The notes under the pieces were generated by a model that did not search any database, was not told where the DNA came from, and saw nothing but the letters and a program-made list of their open reading frames with translations. The translations under genes were made by a program, and so were the position numbers. A DNA stretch of 64,000 bases from assembly GCA_017937845.1 (NCBI GenBank), contig JAGBCV010000018.1, positions 23,503 through 87,502 of the forward strand, written 5' to 3'. Shown piece by piece: positions 46,243 to 54,899 of this stretch. Positions within the stretch are counted from its first letter, which is position 1, and each line of letters begins with the position of its first letter. The DNA is from Clostridia bacterium (GTDB lineage: Bacteria; Bacillota; Clostridia; Oscillospirales; CAG-272).

Positions 46243-46500
46243 TTATATGATAAGAAGCACGATATTTTTGTTTTTCTTTTGGGCATATGATACTGTATGC
46301 TTTGTGCCATGAGAGATGCCGTCCCAAATAATGAGAATTTGGTCTGCCAAATCTACCATCGTTTCATTGCGTTTTAAGGGCGCGGCTTTTCCATATATAT
46401 CATATCCTGGATAAATGATCAACTTTGAAATTTTATGTTGGTCTGCAAAATTTTCAATGCTTCTTGACCCTGCAATCAAAAGCTTCATAAATTTTCTCAC
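46243..46500 (-). pseudogene. shortened SLOG/DUF2493-like protein (possible remnant) in an AT-rich islet
   Basis: 85 aa. The LIAGSRSI start and YGKAAPLKRNETMVDLADQILIIWDGISHGTKHTV end match the DUF2493 pattern, but the central GGARGAD-type segment is missing. Confidence 0.4.
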
Positions 46501-46595
46501 TTTCGTATATATTTATATAAGTATATATTTTAATAAAGGAATTGTCAAGAGGATATCTATTTATTAAAATATATAGTAAGAAAGGGAGTGGTGAA

Positions 46596-46808
46596 ATGAT
46601 TCGTTTGGTATTGAATCAATATTTGGATAAAAAGGGTATCACACGCTATGAATTGTCCAAACGAACAGGAATCCGCTTTCAAATTGTTGATAATTATTAT
46701 AAAAATAAAGTTGTGCGATATGATAGTGATCTTTTGAATAGAATGTGTGAAGCATTGAACTGTGATATTGCGGATTTAATTGAATATCAAAAAGACGAAA
46801 CTCCGTAA
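46596..46808 (+). CDS. small Cro/CI-type HTH protein
   Basis: The ATG at 46596 follows GGGAGTGGTG. MIRLVLNQYLDKKGITRYELSKRTGIRFQIVDNYYKNKVVRYDSDLLNRMCEALNCDIADLIEY. Confidence 0.7.
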   Translation: MIRLVLNQYLDKKGITRYELSKRTGIRFQIVDNYYKNKVVRYDSDLLNRMCEALNCDIADLIEYQKDETP

Positions 46809-46900
46809 ATGAATGTGTTTGCGGAGCTTTTCGTTATTGACTTTCATACTCGAATGTGGTAAAATGTAATCATCTCTTAACAGTGCAAAGAGGTGAGCTC

Positions 46901-47830
46901 ATGTATATTACTTACCATTATCTCGGTGAATACCCCGATTTCGTTTTGAAATACGTTGTCATGGTTTCGCGGTATGAGGGGAAATGGGTCTTTTGCCGAC
47001 ATAAAAAACGGAATACGTGGGAGATTCCCGGTGGTCATATCGAAAAGGGCGAAAGCGCACTTGACGCGGCAAAACGCGAGCTTTTCGAGGAAACGGGTGC
47101 TTCGGATTTTTCTCTCACCCCTGTGAATATTTATGCGGTCAGAAGCGGAGAAGAAAAAACGCTCGGTATGTTGTATTTCGCGGAGATACACACCCTTGAA
47201 AAGATTCCCGCGGAGATGGAGATCGCAGAGATCTCTTTCCTTGCGGATATGCCCGAAGCGTTGACGTATCCCTTGATACAGCCGTATCTTTTCGCGTATG
47301 TGAAGGCGTTTTTGACACCCAAGCAAGCGCGGGAGGAAGATGAACTTTGGGATGTCTACGATGAATACCGCGTGAAAACAGGCAGAACACATCCGAGAGG
47401 GAAGCTGATTCCCGATGGCGATTATCATCTTGTCGTTCACGTTTGTGTGCAAAACGGCGAGGGGAAGATCCTCTTAACACAAAGAAGTCCGAATAAGGGA
47501 TTTCCGCATAAATGGGAATGGACGGGCGGTTCTGCGCTTGCGGGCGAGGATAGTCTTTCCGCGGCGATACGTGAACTGCAAGAAGAAACGGGGATCGTCG
47601 CTCGTGCGGAGCATGGAACGCTTCTCGAAACGATGCGCCGAACGAATGATTTCGTTGACCTTTGGCTTTTTCATGAGGATTTTGACCTTTCCGACGTGAA
47701 GCTTCAAGAGGGCGAAACCTGCGGGGCAAAGCTCGTAACGGTGGACGAACTGCTTGAAATGGCAAAAAACGAAGAGCTTGCGCTGTATTCTTATCTTTCC
47801 GCATTCCTTTCCAAACTTTCTGAAAATTAA
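46901..47830 (+). CDS. tandem double-Nudix hydrolase
   Basis: Two Nudix boxes: GGHIEKGESALDAAKRELFEETG and GGSALAGEDSLSAAIRELQEETG. I chose the start at 46901 (AGAGGTGA RBS). Confidence 0.8.
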   Translation: MYITYHYLGEYPDFVLKYVVMVSRYEGKWVFCRHKKRNTWEIPGGHIEKGESALDAAKRELFEETGASDFSLTPVNIYAVRSGEEKTLGMLYFAEIHTLEKIPAEMEIAEISFLADMPEALTYPLIQPYLFAYVKAFLTPKQAREEDELWDVYDEYRVKTGRTHPRGKLIPDGDYHLVVHVCVQNGEGKILLTQRSPNKGFPHKWEWTGGSALAGEDSLSAAIRELQEETGIVARAEHGTLLETMRRTNDFVDLWLFHEDFDLSDVKLQEGETCGAKLVTVDELLEMAKNEELALYSYLSAFLSKLSEN

Positions 47831-47854
47831 ATTTTATTTATATAGGAGGCTATT

Positions 47855-49093
47855 ATGGCAATTCCGATTCCTGAAAAACGCATTGCCGAATTTGAAAATT
47901 TTGGCTTTGGTCTTTTTATCCACTATGGACTTTATTCTCAGCTTGGCAGAGGTGAATGGGTTCTTTATATCGAAAAGATTCCGGTTCCCGAATATGAAAA
48001 GCTGGCGGATACGTTTACCGCAGAAAAATTTGATGCGCGTAAAATCGTGTCGATGGCAAAAGCGGCAGGCGTGAAATATATCACGCTCACCACCCGCCAC
48101 CACGAGGGCTTCTCCCTTTATGATACCAAGGGACTTAATACCTATGATGCACCGCATAGCCCTTGCGGACGCGACCTCGTTCGTGAGTTCGTGGATGCTT
48201 GCCATGAATTTGATGTTGTGCCGTTTTTCTATCATACGACACTTGACTGGCAGAATCGTCTTTATAAAACCGATTTCAAGGCATATTTGCAGTATCTTCG
48301 TGATTCTGTGGAGATCCTTTGCACGCAGTACGGTAAGATCGGCGGTTTTTGGTTTGACGGCAACTGGGCAAAGCCTAAGGGCTTCAACTGGGAGGAAGAC
48401 GAGCTTTATGCGGTCATCCGTAAGCATCAGCCCGACGCCATCATCGTCAACAATACCGGTACATCTGCGCGTGGTGAGGCGGGCAATCCTGAGCTTGACA
48501 GCGTAACCTTTGAACAGGGCAGACCGACACCGATGGACCGCGACGGCATGAGTAAATATTATGCCGCAGAAATGTGCCACACCATGAATGCGCACTGGGG
48601 CTTCGGTCATTCCGACCTCAATTATAAGTCCTTGGCAAGCCTTATCGAAACCTTCTGCGCTTGCCGTAAGGTTGGCGCAAACTATCTTCTTAATATCGGT
48701 CCCAAGGGCGATGGTGAGATTCCCATGATGCAGGAAGCACTCCTTCTCGGCATCGGTGAATGGATCAAAAAGACGGGCGATGCGATCTATGAAGGCAAGC
48801 CGTGCGGTGTTCTCGGACAGGGCAAAAACTTTGCTTTGAAGAAAGGCAATAAGCTCTATTTCTACGTTCATGACCTTGGTATCGTGGGTGATAGCAACGT
48901 AACGGTTGAATTTGGCGGCGCGGGTGAAAAGACATTCACAGGCGTAAATGGCAAAATCAAATCCGTTCGTTGGACAGACTGCGATGAAACGCTTTCGTTT
49001 ACACAGGACGGCGAAACCGTGAAGATCGATTGCACAGGCTATCCTTATGGTTCCAATCTCGTTGTCAGAGTTGCGGAAGCGGAGCTTGAATGA
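47855..49093 (+). CDS. alpha-L-fucosidase (GH29)
   Basis: FGFGLFIHYGLYSQLGRGEWV, TLTTRHHEGFSLYDT and FWFDGNW motifs. Confidence 0.85.
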   Translation: MAIPIPEKRIAEFENFGFGLFIHYGLYSQLGRGEWVLYIEKIPVPEYEKLADTFTAEKFDARKIVSMAKAAGVKYITLTTRHHEGFSLYDTKGLNTYDAPHSPCGRDLVREFVDACHEFDVVPFFYHTTLDWQNRLYKTDFKAYLQYLRDSVEILCTQYGKIGGFWFDGNWAKPKGFNWEEDELYAVIRKHQPDAIIVNNTGTSARGEAGNPELDSVTFEQGRPTPMDRDGMSKYYAAEMCHTMNAHWGFGHSDLNYKSLASLIETFCACRKVGANYLLNIGPKGDGEIPMMQEALLLGIGEWIKKTGDAIYEGKPCGVLGQGKNFALKKGNKLYFYVHDLGIVGDSNVTVEFGGAGEKTFTGVNGKIKSVRWTDCDETLSFTQDGETVKIDCTGYPYGSNLVVRVAEAELE

Positions 49094-49100
49094 TTACGAA

Positions 49101-49129
49101 AAACCACACCTTGTCAAAAGGTGTGGTTT
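49101..49129. terminator. bidirectional terminator
   Basis: AAACCACACC / GGTGTGGTTT stem between convergent genes. Confidence 0.75.
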
Positions 49130-49141
49130 CCTGTTATTCTC

Positions 49142-50332
49142 TTAGACTTCGTCATTCAAAAAGGCAACGGCATAAGCGGCATATATACTGCTTCCGACGA
49201 GCAAACAGCTTTCGTCGATATCAAAATGACAGTTGTGCATTGCCACGCCCGTTTCAAACACGTCGGGGTTGCAAGAACCGACGTAAGCGTAAACACCCGG
49301 CACTTTCAAGATATATTCCGCGAAATCATCGCCGCCGAGAGAGGGTTCGCCGCTTGTGATGACGTTTTTCTCACCGAAAAGCTCGCGTGCGACCTTCTGC
49401 GCTTCAATAGCAGATGCTTTATCGTTGATGAGCGGGGAGGTGTAGTCTTTCCATTCGAGCGTTGCTTCACCGCCAAAGGAGCTTGCGATGCTCTTTGCGA
49501 GGCTTTCCAGCTGGCTCTTGGCAAAGGCGCGTGTTTCGGGGGTCAGACAGCGAATCGTGCCTTCCATTTCTGCATCGGATGCGACGATATTGTACGCCGT
49601 GCCTGCGGAGACCTTGCCGATGCCGATAAGCACGTTATCCATCGGGCTTGTACGGCGCGTGATGATCGCCTGCGCCGAAACCATGATCTGCGCCGCGATA
49701 TACGCCGCATCCACGCCGAGATGCGGTGTGGAAACGTGAGCGGATTTACCCGTTACACGGATGCGGAACCAATCCACGCTTGCGTTGTTGGGACCCGGAA
49801 TGAGCGCGATCTTGCCCGCGTCATACTTGGATGCGACGTGGATACCGAATGTGCGATCTGCACCGTCAACAAGTCCCTCGTCGATGAATACGCGCGCGCC
49901 GTAGCCGATTTCCTCGCCTTGCTGAAAATGCACGCGGACAGTACCGCCGAAAAGATTGCGGTTTTCTGCGAGAAGTCGAACGGCACCCATCAGGCTCGCC
50001 GTGTGCGCGTCATGACCGCAAGCATGCATAACGCCCGCATGGCGGCTCGTATATTCGCAAATATGCTCCTCTGTGACAGCGAGAGCATCGATATCGGCAC
50101 GAAGTACGATGGTTTTGTTTCCTTCGCCTGAGCCGTGGATTTCGGTGTAAACGCCCGTTTCTCCGACACGGCGCGGGGTAAGACCGAGCTTTTTGATCTC
50201 TTCTTCCAATTTTTCCGCGGTCTTAAATTCTTTTGCGGAAACCTCGGGATACATATGAAAATGACGGCGAAGCGCTACCACGTCCGCGTGGATTTTTTTT
50301 GCTTCGTCAAGAAAATATTGGGTATATTTCAT
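49142..50332 (-). CDS. M20-family amidohydrolase (N-acyl-amino-acid deacylase / hippurate hydrolase-like)
   Basis: 396 aa. HMYPEVS, RADIDAL and MHACGHDAHT motifs. Confidence 0.85.
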   Translation of the reverse strand: MKYTQYFLDEAKKIHADVVALRRHFHMYPEVSAKEFKTAEKLEEEIKKLGLTPRRVGETGVYTEIHGSGEGNKTIVLRADIDALAVTEEHICEYTSRHAGVMHACGHDAHTASLMGAVRLLAENRNLFGGTVRVHFQQGEEIGYGARVFIDEGLVDGADRTFGIHVASKYDAGKIALIPGPNNASVDWFRIRVTGKSAHVSTPHLGVDAAYIAAQIMVSAQAIITRRTSPMDNVLIGIGKVSAGTAYNIVASDAEMEGTIRCLTPETRAFAKSQLESLAKSIASSFGGEATLEWKDYTSPLINDKASAIEAQKVARELFGEKNVITSGEPSLGGDDFAEYILKVPGVYAYVGSCNPDVFETGVAMHNCHFDIDESCLLVGSSIYAAYAVAFLNDEV

Positions 50333-50393
50333 GGGATAACTCCTTTTGTAAATAAGACACCTGCGAAAAGCAGGTGTCTTTTGATGTTAAGGC

Positions 50394-51326
50394 TTAGTTT
50401 TCAAGGTCAGAGGTTCTGGCAACGATGATGTTGACATAGGGGTTGTTGCCGTCTGTGCCCTGGGATTCGATGATAAGAGCATCTCTGGAGGGGCTGAGAC
50501 CGATATCAGTAGCATAAGTACCGTTGATGGTGCAAGCATCATAGTCATTGAGGAGGGAAGGAAGTGTATCAGCAGTGGTAGGAATTACTTCTACATTGTA
50601 GAGGTAGTTTGTGATATGCTTCATTTCGGGATTGTAGCCTGCTGCGGGGTCAACCTCGATAAGACCTGCGGATTCCAAAAGCTTGATTGCACGAGCCTGG
50701 TTGGTAGCGTCATCGGGAATACCGATCTTGATCTTGTTGGTATCGGTTGCAAGTGCCTTGAGAGCTTCGAGATCTTTTACCTTGTTGGAATAGAGAGAAA
50801 GAGGCGCGATGAGAGTATCGCCTACGATGGTAAGGTCATAACCCTGAGCATCCATTTCTTTCTGGAGGTAAGCCTTGTGCTGGAAGGAGTTGAGGTGAAT
50901 TTCACCGTTTGCGAGAGCCTGGTTGGGGAGGTTGTAAGCAGAAAATTCGATGAGTTCGAGGTAGATACCTGCGTTCTGATCGTCAAGAACCTTCTGAACA
51001 GCGTTCCAGTGATCGTTGGAGGAACCGCAAACCCCGATCTTTACAATGATCTTACCCTCTTTGGAGGATTCGTAATCATCGATTTCTGCAACGAGAGCAG
51101 CGGGATCAACATCAAGTTCTTCATAGTCGTATGCGGGGAAGTAAGCTTCTTTGTATTTTTCGATCATGTAAACCGCAACGGGAGCTGTCTGGAAAGCATC
51201 TACGATCTTGTCATAAACAGCTTTGTCAACCTTTTCGGTCTTACCGCAAGAGGTGAAAGCGAAGCAACCGACAAGAAGGATGGCGGCGAGTGTGAAGGAA
51301 AGAATACGCTTGAAAGTGTTTTTCAT
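50394..51326 (-). CDS. metQ: methionine ABC transporter substrate-binding lipoprotein (MetQ/NlpA family)
   Basis: Lipobox AFTSC. NlpA-family core (LELIEFSAYNLPNQALANGEIHLNSFQHKAYL). Confidence 0.85.
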   Translation of the reverse strand: MKNTFKRILSFTLAAILLVGCFAFTSCGKTEKVDKAVYDKIVDAFQTAPVAVYMIEKYKEAYFPAYDYEELDVDPAALVAEIDDYESSKEGKIIVKIGVCGSSNDHWNAVQKVLDDQNAGIYLELIEFSAYNLPNQALANGEIHLNSFQHKAYLQKEMDAQGYDLTIVGDTLIAPLSLYSNKVKDLEALKALATDTNKIKIGIPDDATNQARAIKLLESAGLIEVDPAAGYNPEMKHITNYLYNVEVIPTTADTLPSLLNDYDACTINGTYATDIGLSPSRDALIIESQGTDGNNPYVNIIVARTSDLEN

Positions 51327-51351
51327 GGGGAAATCTCCTTTTATGATAATT

Positions 51352-52074
51352 TTATTTTTTTTCGTTTTTAGAATGGGATTTTTTGAAAAGACTTCTGTTG
51401 GTCGTCTTTTTTGCGAGGAAAGAGCCGATGCCTTGCAGGATGCAAACGAAAATGAGAAGAACGATCACGCAGACGTTTACGATATCCTGATGGAACTGGT
51501 TCTGTCCGTAGCTGATCGCGAAGCTGCCAAGACCGCCTGCACCGACAGCGCCTGCCATTGCGGTCAGACCGACAAGGCTGATGGCGGTGATGGTGGTCAC
51601 GCGGACGAGCTCCGGAACGGCTTCATGGAGATAAATGCGGAAGATCAGACCGAACGTATTGCTGCCCATGCTTCTTGCGGCTTCGATCTTGCCGGGGGCA
51701 ACGTTGGCAAGCGCGGTCTCAACCTGTCTTGCGAAAAAGGGAACCGTACCAAACACGAGAGGCACGATAGCGCCCGTCACACCGATCGCCGTACCGACGA
51801 TGGCGCGGGTAAAGGGGATAAGGAATATCAAAAGAATGATAAACGGAATGGAACGGAAAACGTTGATGAAAATATCGATGATGGAGAAGATCACGCGGTT
51901 TGGTTTGATGCCGTCTTTCTTGGTAACGGTGAGAATGACACCGACGATAAGACCGAGGAAAAACGAGATGACACCGGAGATCGCAAACATTTGAAGTGTT
52001 GCGATGCAAGCATCGAAGAATTTTTCCTGATAATCAAGGACGTTGGGTATGAGTTTTTCAAGAAGCTCTGCCAT
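51352..52074 (-). CDS. metI: methionine ABC transporter permease
   Basis: 240 aa with 5 TM segments and the EAARSMG permease loop. Confidence 0.9.
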   Translation of the reverse strand: MAELLEKLIPNVLDYQEKFFDACIATLQMFAISGVISFFLGLIVGVILTVTKKDGIKPNRVIFSIIDIFINVFRSIPFIILLIFLIPFTRAIVGTAIGVTGAIVPLVFGTVPFFARQVETALANVAPGKIEAARSMGSNTFGLIFRIYLHEAVPELVRVTTITAISLVGLTAMAGAVGAGGLGSFAISYGQNQFHQDIVNVCVIVLLIFVCILQGIGSFLAKKTTNRSLFKKSHSKNEKK

Positions 52075-53134
52075 GTTCGATGACCTCCGTTCTGACGTTT
52101 TTCTCTTTGAGATACGACATCGCGCTTGCGATATCGTTTTCCTTGCCTGTAAGCACGGTGATCATGCTGCCGAGCTGTTCGCCCTTGAGGATTTCGACGT
52201 TGGCAAGCACGATATTGAAATCCACGTTGAATCTGCGGGAGATATCGGAGATGATGGCATCGCCGACGACGGTGTGTTCAAAAATAAGCTTCACGAGAAG
52301 TCCACCGTCCTTGGTTTGGATAAACGGAGAATCCTTGCGAACGAGGCTGTGGATCTTTTTGAGCGGAGAAGCGGAGATGATGAACTTTTTCGTGATATCC
52401 TTTTGCGGATTTGCGAAGATATCGTAGACCTTGCCTTCCTCTACGACCTCACCGTGTTCCATGACGGCGACCTTGTGGCAGACTGCCTTGATGACCGCCA
52501 TTTCGTGTGTGATGAGCACGATGGTGATACCGAGCTTTTTGTTCAGGCTTTTGAGCAGACCGAGAATGGATTCCGTCGCATCGGGGTCGAGGGCGCTCGT
52601 CGCTTCATCGGAAAGAAGGACCTTGGGGTTGTTTGCAAGCGCTCTTGCGATCGCCACGCGCTGCTTCTGACCGCCCGAAAGCTGGCTCGGATAAGCATCT
52701 ATCTTGTCCGAAAGGTCGACAAGCTCAAGAAGCTCGATGACGCGGTCATATATCTGCTCTTTGTTCATGCCGATATGCTTTAAGGGGTAGGCGATGTTTT
52801 CAAAAACGGTGCTTCTATCAAGCAAATTAAAATGCTGGAAGATCATACCGATGCCGCGGCGAACACGGTTGAGGTCTTTGTTTTTGATGACCTTCATCGT
52901 ATCGTTTTCCATCCACGTCAGCTTTTCACCGCCGACGGTGATGCTGCCCGAATCGGGAAGCTCCAAAAGATTGATACAGCGAATAAGAGAAGATTTACCG
53001 GCACCCGAATATCCGATGATACCGTAAATATCGCCTTCTCGAATGGTTAAATTGACGTCGTGAACAGCATCTACGTCACCCGATTTGGAGTGATAGGTTT
53101 TATTCAGATGCTGAATTTCAATCATCGAGTTCAC
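52058..53134 (-). CDS. metN: methionine ABC transporter ATP-binding protein
   Basis: Walker A GYSGAGKSS, LSGGQKQR and a C-terminal NIL domain. The start is either the GTG at 53134 (9 nt after AAGGAGA) or the ATG at 53125. The track's 53287 start runs into the leader. Confidence 0.9.
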   Translation of the reverse strand: MNSMIEIQHLNKTYHSKSGDVDAVHDVNLTIREGDIYGIIGYSGAGKSSLIRCINLLELPDSGSITVGGEKLTWMENDTMKVIKNKDLNRVRRGIGMIFQHFNLLDRSTVFENIAYPLKHIGMNKEQIYDRVIELLELVDLSDKIDAYPSQLSGGQKQRVAIARALANNPKVLLSDEATSALDPDATESILGLLKSLNKKLGITIVLITHEMAVIKAVCHKVAVMEHGEVVEEGKVYDIFANPQKDITKKFIISASPLKKIHSLVRKDSPFIQTKDGGLLVKLIFEHTVVGDAIISDISRRFNVDFNIVLANVEILKGEQLGSMITVLTGKENDIASAMSYLKEKNVRTEVIEHGRAS

Positions 53135-53179
53135 TTTCTTTTTCTCCTTAGATTTTTGACTTATCCAAATGTTTTTTGT

Positions 53180-53278
53180 CATGTGAAATTGCACGGATCG
53201 ACCTTGCCGCTTCGATGTGTTTGAAGATGCGTAGGTTCGAGATGGGCGAGCAATTTCTGGGGGCGCTGCCCGCTTTTT
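53180..53278. repeat. ~100-nt structured element, copy B (in the metN leader)
   Basis: See copy A at 32115..32214. Here the CTCGCC arm is CTTGCC, which still pairs with GGCGAG through a U-G wobble only if the plus strand is the RNA. Confidence 0.6.
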
Positions 53279-53283
53279 TGCAA

Positions 53284-53310
53284 ACAAAAAGCGGAGATTT
53301 TACTCTCCGC
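53284..53310 (-). terminator. intrinsic terminator (attenuator) between the Met-rich leader ORF and metN
   Basis: Minus strand GCGGAGA gtaaaa TCTCCGC followed by TTTTTGTTTG. Confidence 0.7.
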
Positions 53311-53353
53311 TTGAAAAAACAACATGATCAACTAAAAATGCTATTTTATGCCC

Positions 53354-53452
53354 TCAGGCAGAGATTTCATCATTATGAGCGTGAAAAGACATGCACATGA
53401 CTGCCATGCACATCATCATATCCATCATCATAACGGACTTGCGCTCAAACAT
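53354..53452 (-). CDS. candidate Met-rich leader peptide (32 aa, unlisted)
   Basis: GGAGAG RBS 6 nt upstream of the ATG at 53452. MFERKSVMMMDMMMCMAVMCMSFHAHNDEISA, TGA at 53356-53354. 10 of 32 codons are ATG and 2 are TGC. Confidence 0.55.
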   Translation of the reverse strand: MFERKSVMMMDMMMCMAVMCMSFHAHNDEISA

Positions 53453-53490
53453 GATATACTCTCCTGTCTCATTTGAATTTTTATGACACC

Positions 53491-53519
53491 ATATTACCAC
53501 ATTGAAACTGTCTTGTCAA
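53491..53519 (-). promoter_or_regulatory. near-consensus sigma-A promoter driving the met leader
   Basis: On the minus strand: TTGACA (53519-53514), 17 nt, TAATAT (53496-53491). Confidence 0.7.
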
Positions 53520-53619
53520 TAGTTTTTGTAAATTTTATGAAAAAAGTCTATCGGTAACGAATAGCCGCGTTTATCGTTTCCAAACGGAGCGTGTTTTTTC
53601 ATAAATATCGAAAAAACTC

Positions 53620-53648
53620 TTGACAACTTCATCTGAACTGTGTATAAT
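53620..53648 (+). promoter_or_regulatory. perfect consensus sigma-A promoter of the GntR-ABC operon
   Basis: TTGACA (53620-53625), 17 nt, TATAAT (53643-53648). Confidence 0.8.
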
Positions 53649-53659
53649 TCAAATATACA
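53641..53659. promoter_or_regulatory. candidate operator palindrome overlapping the -10
   Basis: TGTATA-N7-TATACA. Confidence 0.35.
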
Positions 53660-53669
53660 GTTTTAACAG

Positions 53670-54059
53670 GTGGGTGATGATGTGAATATTTTAATTGATA
53701 ATAAGAGCGGCGAACCGATATATAATCAGATATATTCTCAAATCAAAAATCAGATCATAAGCGGTGAACTGAAAGAGAATGAGATGCTTCCGTCTATACG
53801 GGGACTTGCTAAAGATCTGCGTATCAGCTTTATCACGACCAAGCGTGCGTATGAAGAGCTTGAAAAGGAAGGCTTCATTTATACGCTCCCTGCCAAGGGG
53901 TGTTATGTTGCTGCGAAAAACGTTGAACTTTTACGCGAGGAAAATCTGAAGAAGATAGAGGCTCATATTGAGCAGATCGCAAGGCTTGCCGCGTCCTGTA
54001 ATTTAAGCCGTGACGATATTTTTGAGATGATTAGGTTCGGAATGGAGGAACAAGAATGA
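53670..54059 (+). CDS. GntR-family (YtrA-subfamily) transcriptional regulator
   Basis: 129 aa, PIYNQIYSQIKNQIISGELKENEMLPSIRGLAKDLRISFITTKRAYEELEKEGFIYTLPAKGCYV. Confidence 0.85.
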   Translation: MGDDVNILIDNKSGEPIYNQIYSQIKNQIISGELKENEMLPSIRGLAKDLRISFITTKRAYEELEKEGFIYTLPAKGCYVAAKNVELLREENLKKIEAHIEQIARLAASCNLSRDDIFEMIRFGMEEQE

Positions 54060-54898
54060 ACGCACTTGAGATCAAGAATGTGAGCAAATCCTTTTCGGGA
54101 TTTTGTTTGGATAATATCAGCCTTGCTTTGCCAAGCGGTTGTATTATGGGGCTTATCGGTGAGAACGGAGCGGGCAAAAGCACAACGATAAAGCTTATCT
54201 TGGATATGATTCATAAGGATAGCGGAACGATCACAGTACTTGGCAAGGACAATGAACATGATATTTCACTTACCAAAGAAGATGTCGGTGTCGTAATGGA
54301 CGAGGTCGGTATGCCCGAATGCTTAACGGCAAAGCAGATTGGCAAGGTCATGAAGTATACCTTTCGTAATTGGGATGAGGCTGAGTATGCCCGACTTCTG
54401 CAAAAACTATCCCTGCCCGATAACAAGCCTTTCAAGGACTTTTCGCGCGGTATGAAGATGAAACTCGGTATTGCCGTTGCGATGTCACACGGTGCGAAGC
54501 TATTACTGCTTGACGAGCCGACGAGCGGGCTTGATCCCGTCGTGCGCGATGAAGTGGTTGAGATGTTCTATGACTTTACAAGAGATGAAAACCACACCAT
54601 TCTCATATCCTCGCACATCGTCAGCGACCTCGAAAGGCTTTGTGATTACGTGGCTTTTTTGCATAAAGGTAAACTATTGCTTTGCGAGGAAAAGGATGTG
54701 CTTTTATCCGAATATGGCATTATTCATTGCACGGTAGAACAGCTTTCGGAGCTTGACAACGAAGTGATAAGATACAGAAAAGAAACGCCTTACGGTGCCG
54801 AGGTCATTGTGCCGCGCAAGGATGCGCCCGATGGTTTTCGGTTAAGCCCGATAAGCATTGAGGAACTGTTCGTATTTATGGTAAAGGAGGCGAGATGA
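54056..54898 (+). CDS. ABC transporter ATP-binding protein
   Basis: Walker A GENGAGKST, Walker B LLLLDEPTSGLD. 4-nt overlap with the regulator gene. Confidence 0.9.
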   Translation: MNALEIKNVSKSFSGFCLDNISLALPSGCIMGLIGENGAGKSTTIKLILDMIHKDSGTITVLGKDNEHDISLTKEDVGVVMDEVGMPECLTAKQIGKVMKYTFRNWDEAEYARLLQKLSLPDNKPFKDFSRGMKMKLGIAVAMSHGAKLLLLDEPTSGLDPVVRDEVVEMFYDFTRDENHTILISSHIVSDLERLCDYVAFLHKGKLLLCEEKDVLLSEYGIIHCTVEQLSELDNEVIRYRKETPYGAEVIVPRKDAPDGFRLSPISIEELFVFMVKEAR

Positions 54899-54899
54899 T

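Noticed and set aside
53135-53520. S-box (SAM-I) riboswitch or Met T-box expected upstream of metNIQ
   Set aside because: By eye I could not find the SAM-I core features or a T-box sequence (UGGNACC with an adjacent terminator/antiterminator). This needs confirmation with a covariance-model scan.
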